64,000 nt of DNA from Mobula hypostoma (GCF_963921235.1 NC_086097.1:146260001-146324000), one strand, 5' to 3'; counted from the first letter of the stretch, positions 36,681-51,077 are shown. Notes: generated from the letters alone by a model not told the origin. Numbers and translations are program-made.

Positions 36681-36949
36681 ATGACATTCTACACAACATT
36701 AATGACTTGGATATGTTGCACATTTAATTCAGATGCAGAACTACAATGGAGTCTGAGTTGCAGTGAACATGAAAAAAAATGAAGACAATTTAAGTGTGCA
36801 ACTTGCACCTAAATGTATAATTCATAATTTGACACAATATACTCAAAGGTGCAGGGCAAAATATTTTTTTTTTTAAATGTTATAGAGAGACACATTGGTG
36901 TGCTTTGTCATGACTTGCAAATAAACACAAGTACAGTAAACAATTTCTC

Positions 36950-37170
36950 TTCCGAGGATGGAATTAGAAATGAAGGGAGGTCTGAGGAGACTGGCCAGTC
37001 TGGTTCCAGCTGGCTGGAAGGCAACAGTAACTCAACGAAATATACTTTACAACAGTGGTGTGCAGAAGAGCATCACTGAATATACAACACATCAAACTTT
37101 GAAGTGGATGGGTTACAAGCAGAAGACTATGAAATATACTCATCAACCACTTTATCAGGTATAGGGGATA
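36950..37170 (+). mobile_element. Tc1/mariner-like transposon remnant
   Basis: RRLASLV.A..KATVTQ...YNSGVQKSITE.TT..TLKWMGY resembles the Tc1 transposase N-terminal region; related terminal motif cact.agtgg.cactttatta.gtac also at ~34874-34925. Confidence 0.6.
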
Positions 37171-37709
37171 CCTAATTTTGACTGCATTGAGTAAAAGAAC
37201 TTGCATTTATTGTGAACCACAAAGCTCTGGCATATCCAAAATCACTTTTGAGGTATACCTGATTATTGTAATGTAGCTGCCAATTTGTAGGAAGCAATCC
37301 TTCACAACCAGCAAGGAGGTCATGACCAGATAACTTGCTTTGACAATACAAGTCGGGGGATATTTGCTAGCTAAGATGCCACTAGTCTCATTTGATGATT
37401 CTTCAAAGAAATGATATTCATGATATTTATTAAATTGGGTCAAGAGAAAATGGGTCTTAAATTCAAATGTGGCTTCATCAACCAAGCTACATTTTATGAA
37501 CGTTGGAAAGAAGTGCCATTCTTCATCTTGTGCTGTATTCTGTTGTGTCAAATTTTAACAAATAAATGATAGCTAAGATATCATGCAAAATAAATATCAT
37601 TGTGATTGGAATGCAGGACCCAAATCCATTAAATTGTTTTTAAACACGTTTTCTTGTACACAATTATTTTGTTACCAGGTATTAGATAGTTGAAGTCTCA
37701 ACTTTAAGC

Positions 37710-40430
37710 ACACAAAAGATATTTTGCTGTTTATTGATTAAAAGGAGTTAGCAAAACCATGCAAAAAAATCCAAAACAATCATGTTGAAGAAAAGTGATC
37801 ACAATATTTTACACCTTGTGTTACAATCAGTATACACCGATTTGTGAGTTAGCCTTAGCAACAGCAGTCCTCAGTCCCAATTAATAGGCAAATATTAATA
37901 AAATAACCAATGCTAGGTCTATACAAACTTAGAAAAAAGCTGTTAGAAATCATGTAGCTGGGTCACATGAAAGATCCTATAATTCCCATGTGATGGAAGA
38001 CAAATCAAAAGCTTTCCTGTCAAAGCCAAAATATTCATATCCGTAAAATATTCAAAAACCAGTAGGTCCAAGAATGAAGGACTCAGTGATTTTAAAATAA
38101 TTCTAAAAACAATTTTTTCTTATTTACAGTTCAAATAATTCAATCAAATTCAATAATGTCAAAATGTACGTGTCTCTTTCAAAAAGCTCTTTCCACTATT
38201 TAGCCAAATGCTTTTAAACAATATTTTAAAAGCACCAGTCAAACAAACTATGCAATTATGTGGCTCCAGTTACTCCTCCACAAATCTTTCCTTAAATGAG
38301 GATTTTTAATTTGGTTACACAAGGTTGACTGACTTGTGCTAACTGGAGGGCAGCTGTATCATACCCAATGGATAATGCCTTTATTCTCTCGTTCTAGTTT
38401 TTCAGTTAGGAAAGAAAGATGACTTTTTAGTAACAATTCAAATGGATGAAGAAAATAAATGATTGTCTGGAATGCTGCTTAATTTAAATTTCAAGACTTG
38501 GATAGAGGCACATATCAGATCAGTAAATCAGGATCGGGAAGGAATTCTTCAGTGTGACCAACAATTAGAAAATACTGCCAGACATAGTAGTTAATAACTT
38601 AGAGTTAGTTGAGGCAATATGATGCAGCAAAAAAAAAAAGTAGGGGAAACTGTAGGATCTTTTTAGATGGATAAAATAAGTTAAAGGCTTCCCTCAGCCT
38701 TACCAAACTTTTTCAATACAAACATTTTTGCCTAATGGTAGCATTGGTCTGAAAACTGATACACACATTGGAGAAATCAGGATAGAAACTTCTTAGGATT
38801 TGTAAAAATCTGCTGAGGTAGGGTGGGGGACAAACACAACTGTGGCACACAAACAGCTGCAGTCTTAACCACCACCATCTATGGCTGTTCAAAACCAGGC
38901 AGCCAATTTCCATCAACACCTTGATCAGGGTAACACATCCATCCCACTTGAACCCTTATTACCACTGGTTGTTGCTGCATGTAATCTGTATTGAATTTCC
39001 TATGTAACTAGTACTGCAAAGACAATTAGTTGCACGCAGTACTCTGTTGTCACTACAAGTGAAGGATGGCATGACGAACTCTCAAATTATGCCAAAAAAA
39101 ACAGCAGTTCATCTTAATGCTGTTCAGACACCATCTGCAAAGTTTTATGCAGCTAACAAGCATCAGGAGTACATATTGCATACATCTCAGTGATGGCTAT
39201 AATGGACCAGATTTGGAGAAACAAATTAGGTTCATACCAAAGTATTAGTGCAAATTTTAAGTGTAAAGGCTTACGTGTGATCTTTACAGCATGATAGTAC
39301 CTATATATTGTGTAAGCCCCAATCACATTAATACGGAATGCAGCACATAGTGTATTACTTTCATTATGTGACCCCAACTGAGTAACAAGTTCAACAAATC
39401 ACTCAAAACTACCATAGTTTGAACCCAATCATGCTTTCAACTTTCAAGAGAATCTGATACAATTTCAATATTCACAGGTAAAACTTAAATCCTTTGAGCT
39501 AAAAGATCAGACAATTTGAAGGAAAATGCTCAAAACCAAATTCTCCCATTGCACCAGGAATGCGTTAATAAAGAAAAAAAGCTGACTGGAGAGTTTTAAA
39601 TTTACACTATTATAAAGGCGGGATGCAGATTGCGCAATAACAATTTATATTAGATAAATGGAAAAAAGAATTAATCTTCATTAACATTTATATTTAAATT
39701 CTGTCTTACTTTTACCACACAAACAAAAAGAAAATCTACTTTCAAATCACATCAAAGGCAGTTAATGACGTGCCTGGCAGCCTGAGTGCATAATAAATGC
39801 AAACTCAAAAATACTTGCTGCCCATCAATTTGGGCTGCAGCCCTTTGGAAAGAAAATCTCAGATGAACTGTATTCTTAATTGCAATCTATACTTGTTTTC
39901 ATCTTTGTTATGTTTTATTTTTAAGAGAAAGGCTAATCAACAAGGACTAGTTACTGAAACCACACAATTTCTCAATCTGATGCACTAGATCTCTTCAAGA
40001 ACTGTGGGGAAGTCCCCTCTCTGCTTACTGATCAGTAAAGCACTGTCAAAAATAAGGCAATTTTGAAAAGAAACCAGGGTAGTGGGGTTATTTGAGATGG
40101 GAAAACATAGAAGAGGAAAAACAGTAGATGAGAACTGGCAATTTTAGCTTGCCCTCATCAGGCACCCAGCTTCAGATGGGGGAAATCTGCAAGCTGAAAT
40201 CTTGTAGAAAGCTCTCGATGGCATCTATTTCGTTCTTGTGTAGTGAAAGCAAATACTCAGTTCACTTCTATTTGTACATTCCTCATTACAGGGGAGAGGC
40301 AGGGCAAATGTTGCGAGTCCTACAGGCAAAGATCATCACTCTTTGGCAGTACAAGTTTCCTCCGGCCAACACCAGTGAGATACCTATTCACAGATGGGGT
40401 CAGCAAGTTTATATTCTGTTGTAGTGTGGT
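37710..40430 (-). other. OXSR1: Probable OXSR1 3'UTR (~2.7 kb)
   Basis: AT-rich stretch after the stop with no recognisable interspersed repeats, ending near AATAAA (37730-37735) followed by U/GU-rich sequence; end point inferred. Confidence 0.6.
37730..37735 (-). terminator. Candidate polyadenylation signal AATAAA for OXSR1
   Basis: Minus strand AATAAAcagcaaaatatcttttgtgtgctt; other AATAAA candidates at 38380-38385 and 37206-37211. Confidence 0.5.
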
Positions 40431-40505
40431 TTAACTAATGGTAAGTTGTGCAAATCCTATGAGCTTAACATCATCAGGAATATCAGATTCTTCAACTCCA
40501 GAAGC
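40431..40505 (-). CDS. OXSR1: OXSR1 last coding exon to stop codon
   Basis: TGCAG|ASGVEESDIPDDVKLIGFAQLTIS-TAA; matches the OSR1 C-terminus. Confidence 0.97.
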   Translation of the reverse strand, partial: ASGVEESDIPDDVKLIGFAQLTIS

Positions 40506-40620
40506 CTGCAGGGAAAATAAAAAAATGTTTTAGCATAATAATAATATTTTATGTCTGCATAAATTTAATTGAACAGGAAAAAATATATGCCTCATTTTCA
40601 GTACAGAAGTCCATACTCAC

Positions 40621-40685
40621 CAATTTGAAAGTGACAGATCTATTTGTAGCTGGCTCATCCACTATCTTCTGTAGGTTTGCAGCAA
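40621..40685 (-). CDS. OXSR1: OXSR1 coding exon (65 nt), CCT domain
   Basis: ATTAG|(V)AANLQKIVDEPATNRSVTFKL|GTGAGT. Confidence 0.97.
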
Positions 40686-41531
40686 CTAATTTTAGAAAAG
40701 AAATACACATTAAATATCTGTGCATTTTATTTTCGCTTTTTAAATCCAAATCAGAAAATTTAAACTCTTACTGTATACCCAATTTGAATCAATTCTTGTT
40801 TTTATTTACTGAGGACATAAACGCATTGCACTTGTGGAAAATATCAAGCAGCATCAAAAATAATTAAACTGTCTCAAAAAAAAACCTTTTTTCCTTTGAG
40901 TAACTGCCAACAATGTCTCAAGTACAAATTAAATGGCTAAGCTTCTTTGAAGAGAAACATTGGTTGAAAGAAATAGCTTTTATCCATTGCTGATCTCCAT
41001 TACAAAGAATAGGAATACTATTACTTCCAAGGTGCTCTTCCGACTTTGTGACATTTTCAGCACCATTGTTAAAATTCTGGAATTCCTTATTCAACACCGC
41101 CCCGGAATCATTACTAGCACAAAGACAGAAGCCATTTAAAGAAAACCCATCACCACCACCTTGTCAGGGAAACTAATGATGAGCATGTCAATGAACTCAG
41201 TGTGGCAGGAGAATTGCTTCATCTTACTCATGTTACTGAGCATACCACTACTCAGAAGAATCTATATATACACATTCAAGAGATTAGAAAATTATTTTGA
41301 AGTTCAATTTTGGAATATGGCCTTTGCTGTCAAAGCCAGCACTTATTACACGTCCTTTAAGTGGTGGGCTTTCACCATAATCCAAGTTAAAAAAAAACAC
41401 AAATACAATTTTTAAAAGACAGGGTGGCACAGGACATGCTCTTGACACTACTCAGTATAGTATCTGAGATATTCAAGTGTAGTAAGATGTCAAATTCCAA
41501 AATCACACAGCATAATCCAAGCAATAGTTAC

Positions 41532-41600
41532 CTATTACTACATCTCTTCCATCAACCAGACCCGCAGAGACAAGTTCTTGGGAAACACCATCTGCTGTAT
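41532..41600 (-). CDS. OXSR1: OXSR1 coding exon (69 nt), CCT domain
   Basis: GACAG|(D)TADGVSQELVSAGLVDGRDVVI|GTAACT. Confidence 0.97.
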
Positions 41601-43336
41601 CTGTCAAAATAAATATATGCACTCATATTAAACATTAATTGCAAACCAAACAATATTTAACTTATCCAACAAAACTGCAAAATTCTTCTTCAATCTGAGC
41701 TACTTTGTATTTTCTTTAAATGAAAGTAACATACGATCTCTTTCAAAGGCCCTACTCAAAGCAGATGATGGACTAGTTACAAACACCCCAAATTTAATTC
41801 AAAAATGGGTCAAACAACTTGCACAAGGTGGCAATCAGAAGCTACATCAAAGGAGGCAAGAACTCATTAATATTTCTTGCTCCTATCTAACAATGTTTGC
41901 CAGGAAATGCTGGTCAGGCAAGGACAGAAATACACAAAGCTTTGCTGTCCTGAGCAGTCAACTAACCCGCTGTTTAAATAAATAATGAACGATCAGTTGG
42001 TGTAACACTGGAGAATATTTCATGAATGATTTTGAGAAAACATAGACCTGGATTTGTTTGAGGGGGTGAAGAGCAGATGAAAGTGTTCTAACTAGGATTC
42101 ATAAGGCCAGTGATGTTGTGGGGATGGAAATGGACTCTGACGGTGGTGTCTGAAAAGAGGATGCTGTCCAAGTTGCATGCCATCTTGGACAATGTCTCCC
42201 ATCTACTACATAATGGACTGGTTGGGCACAGGAGTACATTCAGGCAGAGACTCATTCCGCCGAGATGCAGCACAGAGTGTCAAAGGAAGTCATTCCTGCC
42301 TATGGTCATCAAACTTTACAACTCCTCCCTTGGAGGGTCAGACACCCTGAGCCAATAGGCTGGTCCTGGACTCATTTCCTGGCATAATTTACATATTACT
42401 ATTTAAGTATTTATGGTTTTATTACTATTTAATAATTTATGGTGCAACTGTAACGAAAACCAATTTCCCCTGGATCAATAAAGTATGACTATTCTTAAAA
42501 ATGGTATTAAAACTAAGCATTACCTCATCCACAAAATTGGATTGAGTGGAAATTAAAGACAAAGTAATGATTCATCCTTTTCCCAAACACAGGATTCTGA
42601 AGGTAGATCCTTTACAACCAAAAGTATAAATTGTTCAAAAGGTCAGCGTGTACTGGCTTGCTTCAGCTACTAGTTAAGTCCATTAATTCAACCATAAACT
42701 GGGTTAACTTTTTACAGAGAAAAACTGAAAGGATTTGGAAGCTGATTAAACATATTTTGCAAAGTCGTAATAAACCTGAGTGATTCTTCAGTTAACTTTT
42801 CTTCACACAAGAATACCAAATCTCTTCAACATTAAGAATCATGCACAGGTCAAACACACCAGTGTAACTTCAATAGTTACACACAATTCAGTTTCCACTT
42901 GTAACCACGGAGGTGTTGAACAAAAACAGATTCTGCCAAGGTACTTTAACCTGCAAATTTAATGCTCAGCTGTACAATGGCATTTATGGAGGTTCAGTGG
43001 CAGACGAACAGTGCATTAACTTTAATAATCCAAGATGATTAGAAAATGAAAATAAAATAGTGCATACCGATTATTCATTTTTAGATTAGCACTTCAGGGA
43101 CAACACAAACTTGTGCACTATTTAACACAAACTTATAGCTACAAACAGCTCACATGGTATAGGATCTGAAAAAAAAACTTAAGAGCAATGTACTTGTTTA
43201 TGTCTGGATTGAAGACTCCATAGTGAGTTTTACTCTATATTTGACTGCTGTAGCAGATCCACAAAAAACTTGAGAGGCAGCTGGTTCCATGCTCCAGCTA
43301 GAACAGGAAAAATAAAAACGTAAAAGAACATCTTAC

Positions 43337-43389
43337 CTCTACCTGGAGTAAATTCAAATCTTATGTCATTCAGCTCCTTCTTTAAGTTC
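43337..43389 (-). CDS. OXSR1: OXSR1 coding exon (53 nt), CCT domain
   Basis: TACAG|(R)NLKKELNDIRFEFTPGR|GTAAGA. Confidence 0.97.
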
Positions 43390-45068
43390 CTGTAGGTGGA
43401 AGGGAGAGTGGGGGCAGTGGTAAACAAAAGCACCTTTCAGCTATGGTTCAAATGCTGAGTTGTGGTTTGGTTGATATATATTAGATGGAAGGTGTACGTA
43501 ATTTAACGCTGGATTCAGAAAAGACTACTTGTTCTCTCTAGAGTATAGTTAATTCATTTTGCATGTAAAGTATGTAATATCACTCATTTCACAGAATGGA
43601 GACTTAGTATTTAATATGTGTCATGTAAAACTGATGACAGATCTGAGCTCCACCCTTTACGCCTGGAGGCACTTGCAGTGCTTTTTAAAATTCTAATTTT
43701 AAATTTGTGATATCACAGTCACAGGCCCTTCTGGTCCAACGAGCCTGCACTGCCCAATTATACCCATGTGACCAATTAACCTCCTAACCTGTATGTTTTT
43801 TGTAATGTGGGAGGAATCTGGGACACCTGGAGGAACGTACAGACAATGGCAATATTGAACATGGGTCGCTGACATTGCAACTATGTAACAACAACTGCCA
43901 TGTCGCCACATCACCCCAAGGGTTATGAAGAATTTTTCCACCCAGCAAAGACATCAAAATGATTTAATTCTCCATATTCCAACAAAGCAGAATGCACACT
44001 TATCAATATGGGGCAGACAGCATGTCTCAATGGTTTCTTTGCATTAAATATCAGGAATCTTCGCAGTGTGTTGCAGTAATGCATAGTTTTCCAAATGTTT
44101 ACTAATCACTCACATTCCCATGTTCCATCAACTATCCAAGTATAGTTTTACAATAATGTATAGATTATAAGTGAAGTGTGGTTGTCTTAAAACAGTTGTG
44201 GTTGTGCTAAAAAAAAAACTAACGTAGTATCACTTTCAACATCTAGACTAGTACTAAGAGAATTACTAATTTTCTTTAATAAAAATGTCTCAGTTGTGAT
44301 TTTAAAGATGGAATCAAGAAAAAAAAAATTACCTAGAGTTAGAGACATTTAGATGACAGAGACTGCTTTATCTAAATGGTTAGACCCAAAGAATAAAGAG
44401 AAAAATGCAATGAAATTCATGCAAGTAGCCATCGATCAGTTTGTATCAGGATGTACAGGACAACATGCAAAAGGAGTTGACAGCATATTCACCATGATCA
44501 AATGATATCAATGCTCAGTTATCATTCGATTGGAGCTTTTAAAAACCTACTTTAACACTCTTTTTACCACTTCTTGGCTTTAAACAAAACTTCCCAAAGT
44601 ATTTTAATTAATTTAGATAAGATTATTAAAAACTACTTCAAAAAAATCAACACTTGTCCAGATAACGGTCTATTTATTTTGGAATTGGGGATGAAGGTTC
44701 TTTCTCAATTTGGTCAGAAACACAGGGTCAAAAGGGATGCTGCAGTCTGGAAGCAAGTTAGCAGAGTTGAGATGTACACATACTTAAAGAGAGTAATAGA
44801 CAACATACTGGACAGAGGAGCTCCGGAATAGTTAATTATCAAATGGACTGAGGTAAGGATGGGCAATGGGAACTACAGAGTTGGAAATCTTGATGATGGT
44901 GAAGACATGCATTCAGCTCATCACAATTGATATTGAAAAAGGAATCTTCAGAAAATATTCTGAAATTTTTAAAAAGCACTAATGCAGAACCTTTTGGACA
45001 CCTTATTGTACTTTTTGAACTTATAATAGCTCTAGGTACTACATTAGCCAATATAAGATTTCACTTAC

Positions 45069-45133
45069 CGCAATCTTAACACAAGGCTAATGGGTGTTTG
45101 GTGCGTATCTGCAGCAGTGGAACCAGGAGCCAG
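45069..45133 (-). CDS. OXSR1: OXSR1 coding exon (65 nt), start of CCT domain
   Basis: TTTCAG|LAPGSTAADTHQTPISLVLRL(R)|GTAAGT. Confidence 0.95.
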
Positions 45134-45909
45134 CTGAAAACAAAACAATGGAAAAGGAAAAAAAAAAATCAGTATTTGTCTTTTAAATGATTACAAGATG
45201 TGGGTATTTCTGTTAATTATGACAATGACTGCATTCTAATTGCTCTGAACTGAGGAGGCAGTCTGGCAGTGAAGTCACAAATAGGCCATACTGGGCAAGA
45301 ACAGCAGATTTCCTTACGAGAAACACATTAGCAACGCAGGTGTGCCTTTTATGCCAATCTAGCAGTTTTGTGACCATTACTGAGAACATTAAAACAAAAA
45401 TAGATTTAATTGTTGAAACACTCCAAGTGCCATGTGAAATCTGAATTTACATCTATGGAGTTATGCTCCAATAACTTAAAGTGCCACACTAGAATCTCTC
45501 TTGGAAACTTCACAAGAGCAATACACATCTATGGCTTATGTTCAAAGAGAGGGTGAACACATTCCAGAACCAAGCAATTTTAAAGATTTATAGATTAGCC
45601 TTCTGTTACATCTATATCGAAACATTAAAGCATACAATGAAATGCATAATTTGCATCAATAACCAATACAATCCTAGGATTATGCTAAGGAGCAGTTTGC
45701 AAGTGTTGTTATGCTCTTAGTGCCAACAGAACATGCCCATAACTTCCTAACTTTTACATCTTTTGGAATATGTGAGGAAACTGGACCACCCGGAGGAAAC
45801 TATCGCAGTCACGGGGAGAACATACAAACTCCTTACAGACAGCAGGGGGAATTGAACCCTGATCGTTAATACCGCAAAGCATTGTGCTAGCTGCTACACA
45901 CTTTATATT

Positions 45910-46850
45910 TAAAGTTCAAAATTTATTATTAAAGTACCATGTACAACACCAAGATCTAATTTTTGCAGACATACTCAATAAATCCATAATAGAATAACAA
46001 CCATAGCAGAATCAATGAAAAGCTGCACCAACTTTGGTGTTCAGTGTGCAAATGATACCAAACTGTGCAAATACAAACAGAAACAATAATAATAAATAAG
46101 CAATAAATATCGAGAACATGAGTTGAAAGCTAGTCCATAGGTTGAGTGAACATTTCAATCATGAGCAAGTGAAGTTATTACCTGAGGTTCAAGAGCCCGA
46201 TGGTTGAGGGGTAATAACTGCTCCTGAACCTGGTAGTGAGAGTCCTGAGGCTCCTGTACATTCTCCTTGATGGTAGCACCAAGAAGAGAGCATGACCTGG
46301 GTGGTGGCGGCCCTGATGATGGATGCTGCGTTCCCATGACAACGTTTCATGTAGGTATGCTCAATGCTGGGGAGGGCTTTCCCCTGATTAACTGGACCCC
46401 ATCCACTACTTTCTGTGGGATTTTCCACTCAAGGTGTTTACATTCTAGGCTGTCAATATACTCTCCACCATACATCTATAGAAGGTGTCAAAGTTTTAGA
46501 TGGCATGCCGAATCTTCACAAAATCCTAAGTAGAGGCATTACTGTGCTTCCTTCATAATTCCACTTAAGTGCTGGGCCCAGGACAGGTCCTCCAAAATTA
46601 CAACAAAGAATTTAAAGTTGCTGACCCTCTCCATCTCTGATCCTTTGATGAGGACTATTTTCTCAAGTCAATAATCAGCTCCTTGCTCTTGCTGACATTG
46701 AGTAACAAGTTGTTGTTATGGAGCCACGCAGACAAATTTTCACTTATCTCCTATAATGCTGATTCGTCACCACCTTTGCTGATGACACTACTGTCACTGG
46801 CCGAATCAAACTTGAATATGGCATTGGAGCTATGTTTAGCCACACATCAT
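45910..46850 (-). mobile_element. REX1-type LINE 3' fragment
   Basis: LPSIEHTYMKRC...AASII (ORF 46189-46428); A-rich plus-strand tail region. Confidence 0.7.
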
Positions 46851-47904
46851 GCTGCCCCACACCATCTTTAATAAACAGCTGATATTTCACATACAATCAA
46901 CCTCATCCAACCATTCAATTAGATTATGGGTGATCATCAATCCATTTAACTGCTTTTTCTCTTTGGCTCAATGAAACTACAGTTATTAATTTGTTGGTTA
47001 TAATTAATCCAGTATGCATATCCTTTTGTATGAACAAATAACAGATTTTCCAATTCATTCACTCCTGACAGATTTTAATTTAAGATTATACGAGGGGCAT
47101 CATTAAAAGTGCAATGAAATTATACAGCAAAGGCTATGTCCATCAATCAGCAAGCAAACAGTAAACAGTTCAACAAATTAAAGAGACCATTTTACGCACT
47201 GCCTACAATCTCAAACATAATTCATTTACTGGACAAGGAGGGTGGGGAAAAAAAAATCAACCCACCCATAACCACATGCCACAGCTGAAGAGCAAAGAAT
47301 CATTATCTAGATATGCAAAGCATGGCTGGTTTGCTAAAGACCAAATACAAGAGGTAGAGGTGGTCTCAAAAAGAATAAGAAGTTGTACAAAATATTTTGG
47401 TATGTGTTTGCAGTATTAGCGAAAATTCAATTCCAAGAGAAAGTGAATCAGTTCTTCAACTTGTATATTCCTCAACGTAGAATCAGAGAATCTAAACTAC
47501 ACCAAGTTCAACATGAGACCTACTTAACAAACTGCTTTTGTTGCTCAAACACCATTTAAATATATTTTGCCACTAATGTACAACTTAAAATGTGAAGTCT
47601 GAAGAATTATTTATATATATCTCTATGAAAGTTCAGCGAGAAAGACACCAAATTGAAATAAAGTTCAAAAGTTGGAGATAGCAACAAGAGGCAAATCTCA
47701 TGAGACAAACCATATCCCATCCATTGAGAGCAGTCGTCTACCATTTGCCATTATAATTTTTAAAAAACTGTACAACTTTCCTGTAATGATTGTTTTAAAT
47801 TACAGTTAGGAATTCCTTAAACATTGAAAAATGTTATTTGGGAATTATTAGACAAGAAATAATCAAATATCGTTTACTTTCAAGCTTATAAAGCAAAGAT
47901 GAAA

Positions 47905-48602
47905 AATGCTGCTGGGGTCATCTACCCTATCCAGTGCTCCCGGTGTGGCCTCCTGTACATTGGTGAGACCCGGCATAGATTGGGAGACTGCTTTGCCATG
48001 TACCTTTGCTCCATCCACACAAAGAGCGTGATCTCCTGGTGGTCACCCATTTCAATTCTACTTCCTGTTCCCATTCTGACATGCCAGTACATGGTCTCCT
48101 CTACTGCCACGATGAGGTCACACTCAAGATAAGAGGAGGTAGCCTCCAGCCTGATGGCATGAACATTGATTTCTCGAACTTCCGTTAACTGTGTGCCCCC
48201 CTCTCACCCTCCCTCACCACCCCCATTTTCCTGTTTCCTTCTCTCATGTTATCTCCTTTTCTGCCTATCACTTCCCTCTGATGCTCCTCCCCTTTCCTTA
48301 CTTCCATGATCTTGTCTTCTCCTATCAGGTTCCCTTTTCTCCAGCTCTCTTACTAAAAAACATCCCAGCTCTTTACGTCACCCCCCTCCCAGTTTCACCT
48401 ATCACCTGCCACTTTGTATTCCTTCCTCCCCTCCCCCCACCTTCTTACTCTGACTTCTCCCCTTCCTTTCCAGTTTTGATGAAGGGTCTCGGCCCAAAAT
48501 GTTGACTGTGCACCCTTTTGCACAGATGCTGACTGGCCTGCTGAGATCCTCAAGCATTTCGAGTGTAGCATTGGACTTCCAGCATCTGCAGATTTTCTCA
48601 TG
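47905..48602 (+). mobile_element. Penelope-like element 3' part: GIY-YIG endonuclease remnant plus pLTR
   Basis: GVIYPIQCSRCGLLYIGETRHRLGD (GIY-YIG with CxxC), LQPDGMNIDF, decayed hammerhead motif at ~48472-48508. Confidence 0.88.
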
Positions 48603-48645
48603 TCTATGAAAAATGTTGTCACCCTTTTCTAAAAATGTAGCATAC

Positions 48646-48849
48646 CTGAGATGCCGGTAGTTGATGCTGAGCTGGAGCTTGCTGAGTCGGGTCTGGTTTT
48701 GCCACAGGTGTTGGGGCTGCTAACGCTGAAGGCTGGCCAGCAGGCACCAGATTGGCATCGGGTACTTTTGGTGTTGGCTGAGGTAGCACCTGTGGGGTTT
48801 GGAAAGGGACTTGAACATTTGAGCTTGGTGCTTCTGCTGACGTGAAAAG
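48646..48849 (-). CDS. OXSR1: OXSR1 Pro/Ala/Gln-rich linker exon (204 nt)
   Basis: Pyrimidine tract+TAG|LFTSAEAPSSNVQVPFQTPQVLPQPTPKVPDANLVPAGQPSALAAPTPVAKPDPTQQAPAQHQLPASQ|GTATGC; phase 0-0, open. Confidence 0.85.
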
Positions 48850-51077
48850 CTACCATTAGGGAAAAAAAAAACACAAGAATCATTCTCATATTACTTTATA
48901 TTCACTTTAGTAAGCCATTAATATATTCACTAAGCCACAAATCTCACTGATTTGAAATGTCCTCTAGGTGGTGTTGATAGCACAAATGGCATTTTGAAAT
49001 CATCATCAGCAAACAGGAGGCTATCATTGTGGCCATCACGCCAGCTCCAACAATTTGGTAGAGCTATCCAATCAATCAGACCTCTTATTTATAATAGTCC
49101 TGTAAATTGTGGTCATTTGATCCAATTCCTTTACTTGTTACCAATGAATGAGCTGACACTATCCTTTATTACATCCCTTCCTGCCTTGAGGTATAAAAGT
49201 GGGGGTTTCAACTAAAACTTTAGGTACTGGTTTGGCTATTCCTGGAAAGAGCTTCTCTTGATTTGAGTTATGACACAAACAGAATCTTGGATAACACTTA
49301 ATGTACAAAGGAAGACAATCAAGACCTCTACCAAATCTATATTTACTTGTTCTGCTCCTTCAGTCTTTCCATTTAGCAACGTTTTCTATCCTTGTTACTA
49401 AACTGATGCATCTCTGAAAATCCTTTCTCCAAGGTGATGCTCAACAAAGGTTTAAAAGATGCTTAATGTATCTTCCCTACTTTTGCTCTCAGTACAGCCA
49501 AGGCTGTTTGCTGCTTTTAGCTCCAATGAAATCTCCCTTTGCAAATTGCCTGATGACTGGTAAGAATGTGTACACTACACTCAAGTTACATTGATTCTGA
49601 AATTGCCTCTTTTTCCCTGCCAACTTATCAGCTTATTAACTGATTTTCCTCGATCCCCCTAGTCAGTTACTATACTGCTAATAAAATGTCAAAATTATAT
49701 AAGCATTGACACTTGCAAAGTTTGAAACTATGTCTTGTACAACTGGCAATGTCATTTCTTAAACAGTCTAATAAAGACATTTACCACTCTATCCTTATCA
49801 ACAATACTCATCACATTAAAAAATTTATGTAGCGATGCATGATTTGCTCTTAACAAATCAGTGCCAACATTTCATTTATCAGTCCAAAGTTTTCCATTTC
49901 TCCTTGATTAATGGTTGAGTACTTCTTGTAACTTGACTTGCTGGGTCTGCATTTGTGTGGAGTAGATCTTCTAGCAAAGTCTCCAACATCATCAATTCAA
50001 ATCTAGTGACTTTTGTGCTTGAACACTGCAAACGTTTTAAGTACTTTGCTAATACCCCCCCCCCCCCATATCTAATGGTTGGTAAAACCTCCTATTTTAT
50101 TGATAAAGAGTGGCTACAGTTAAATGCAGAAAATGAAACCATCTTCAATCTTTGGTTTTATTTTTTTGGCATTCTAGATTTACCATTTTTCACTCTTCTC
50201 TACCTTGATCAGTTTTCCCTTGTACTTTTCTCCCCGCAAGCTGAACCTAAAGTTTGCACTATTTTCTCAGTCATAGTCTAACCCGCACATGCTGCCTTGT
50301 GACAATTTTCAGGACTGTCATCCCAACTTCAGTAACTCTTGTGCATTGATAACCAAACACTGACACAGAACTCAAGGCATAGACTAGCCTGAGAACTACA
50401 GTATGTACCTCATCACTAAACCTCTCAACTTGCATATTGGCGATTAAGCATAATACCATGGTAGTTGGACAATAATTTTGCTAATTGCTGTTCCAAAATT
50501 AATGTTCAGTTTTAAGCAAAAATCCTTTATAAAATAAATACATATAACATTAAAATGAGTTCTATAACATTACAAAAGCTAGTTAGAAAAATAATTTCAC
50601 TGCATGATATTAACAAGGTGGTGATAGCTCCTCAATGATTAATCAATAACCTCAAGTCATCTACTTCAAATCTTTTGTTGATAAAAGGAATACAAATCCA
50701 TTGCACTGTTTGATTTGTGGGAGGTTTGAGGGACACACTCAATATTTTCTAGGTATAGTGGGCCAAATTATCATCTGAGTCCTAGGTTGAACTCAGTCAC
50801 CGGTACTGCAACCACTTCTCTCAATCAGGTACATGGAAAGTAATGCCCAGAAAAAAACCGCAATAGCAGCAAGGTGTCACATAGCTATCATAATCTTCAA
50901 CACTTCGTTTAATTATGCTGTGCTATAACAGACATTCATTGACCATCCTTTTCCATCAATAGAATTCAGTAGAACTGCAACATTAAAAATCAAGTAGCAG
51001 TTTTTCAGGTAATTAGTGATTCACTTCGGAAATTACACAAATCTCATGATTTAAAAGGAGAAAACACTCAGAATCAC

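Noticed and set aside
48629..48889. ORF-track proteins 48629-48889 (-) and 48651-48845 (+)
   Set aside because: Alternative frame and antisense shadows of the OXSR1 linker exon
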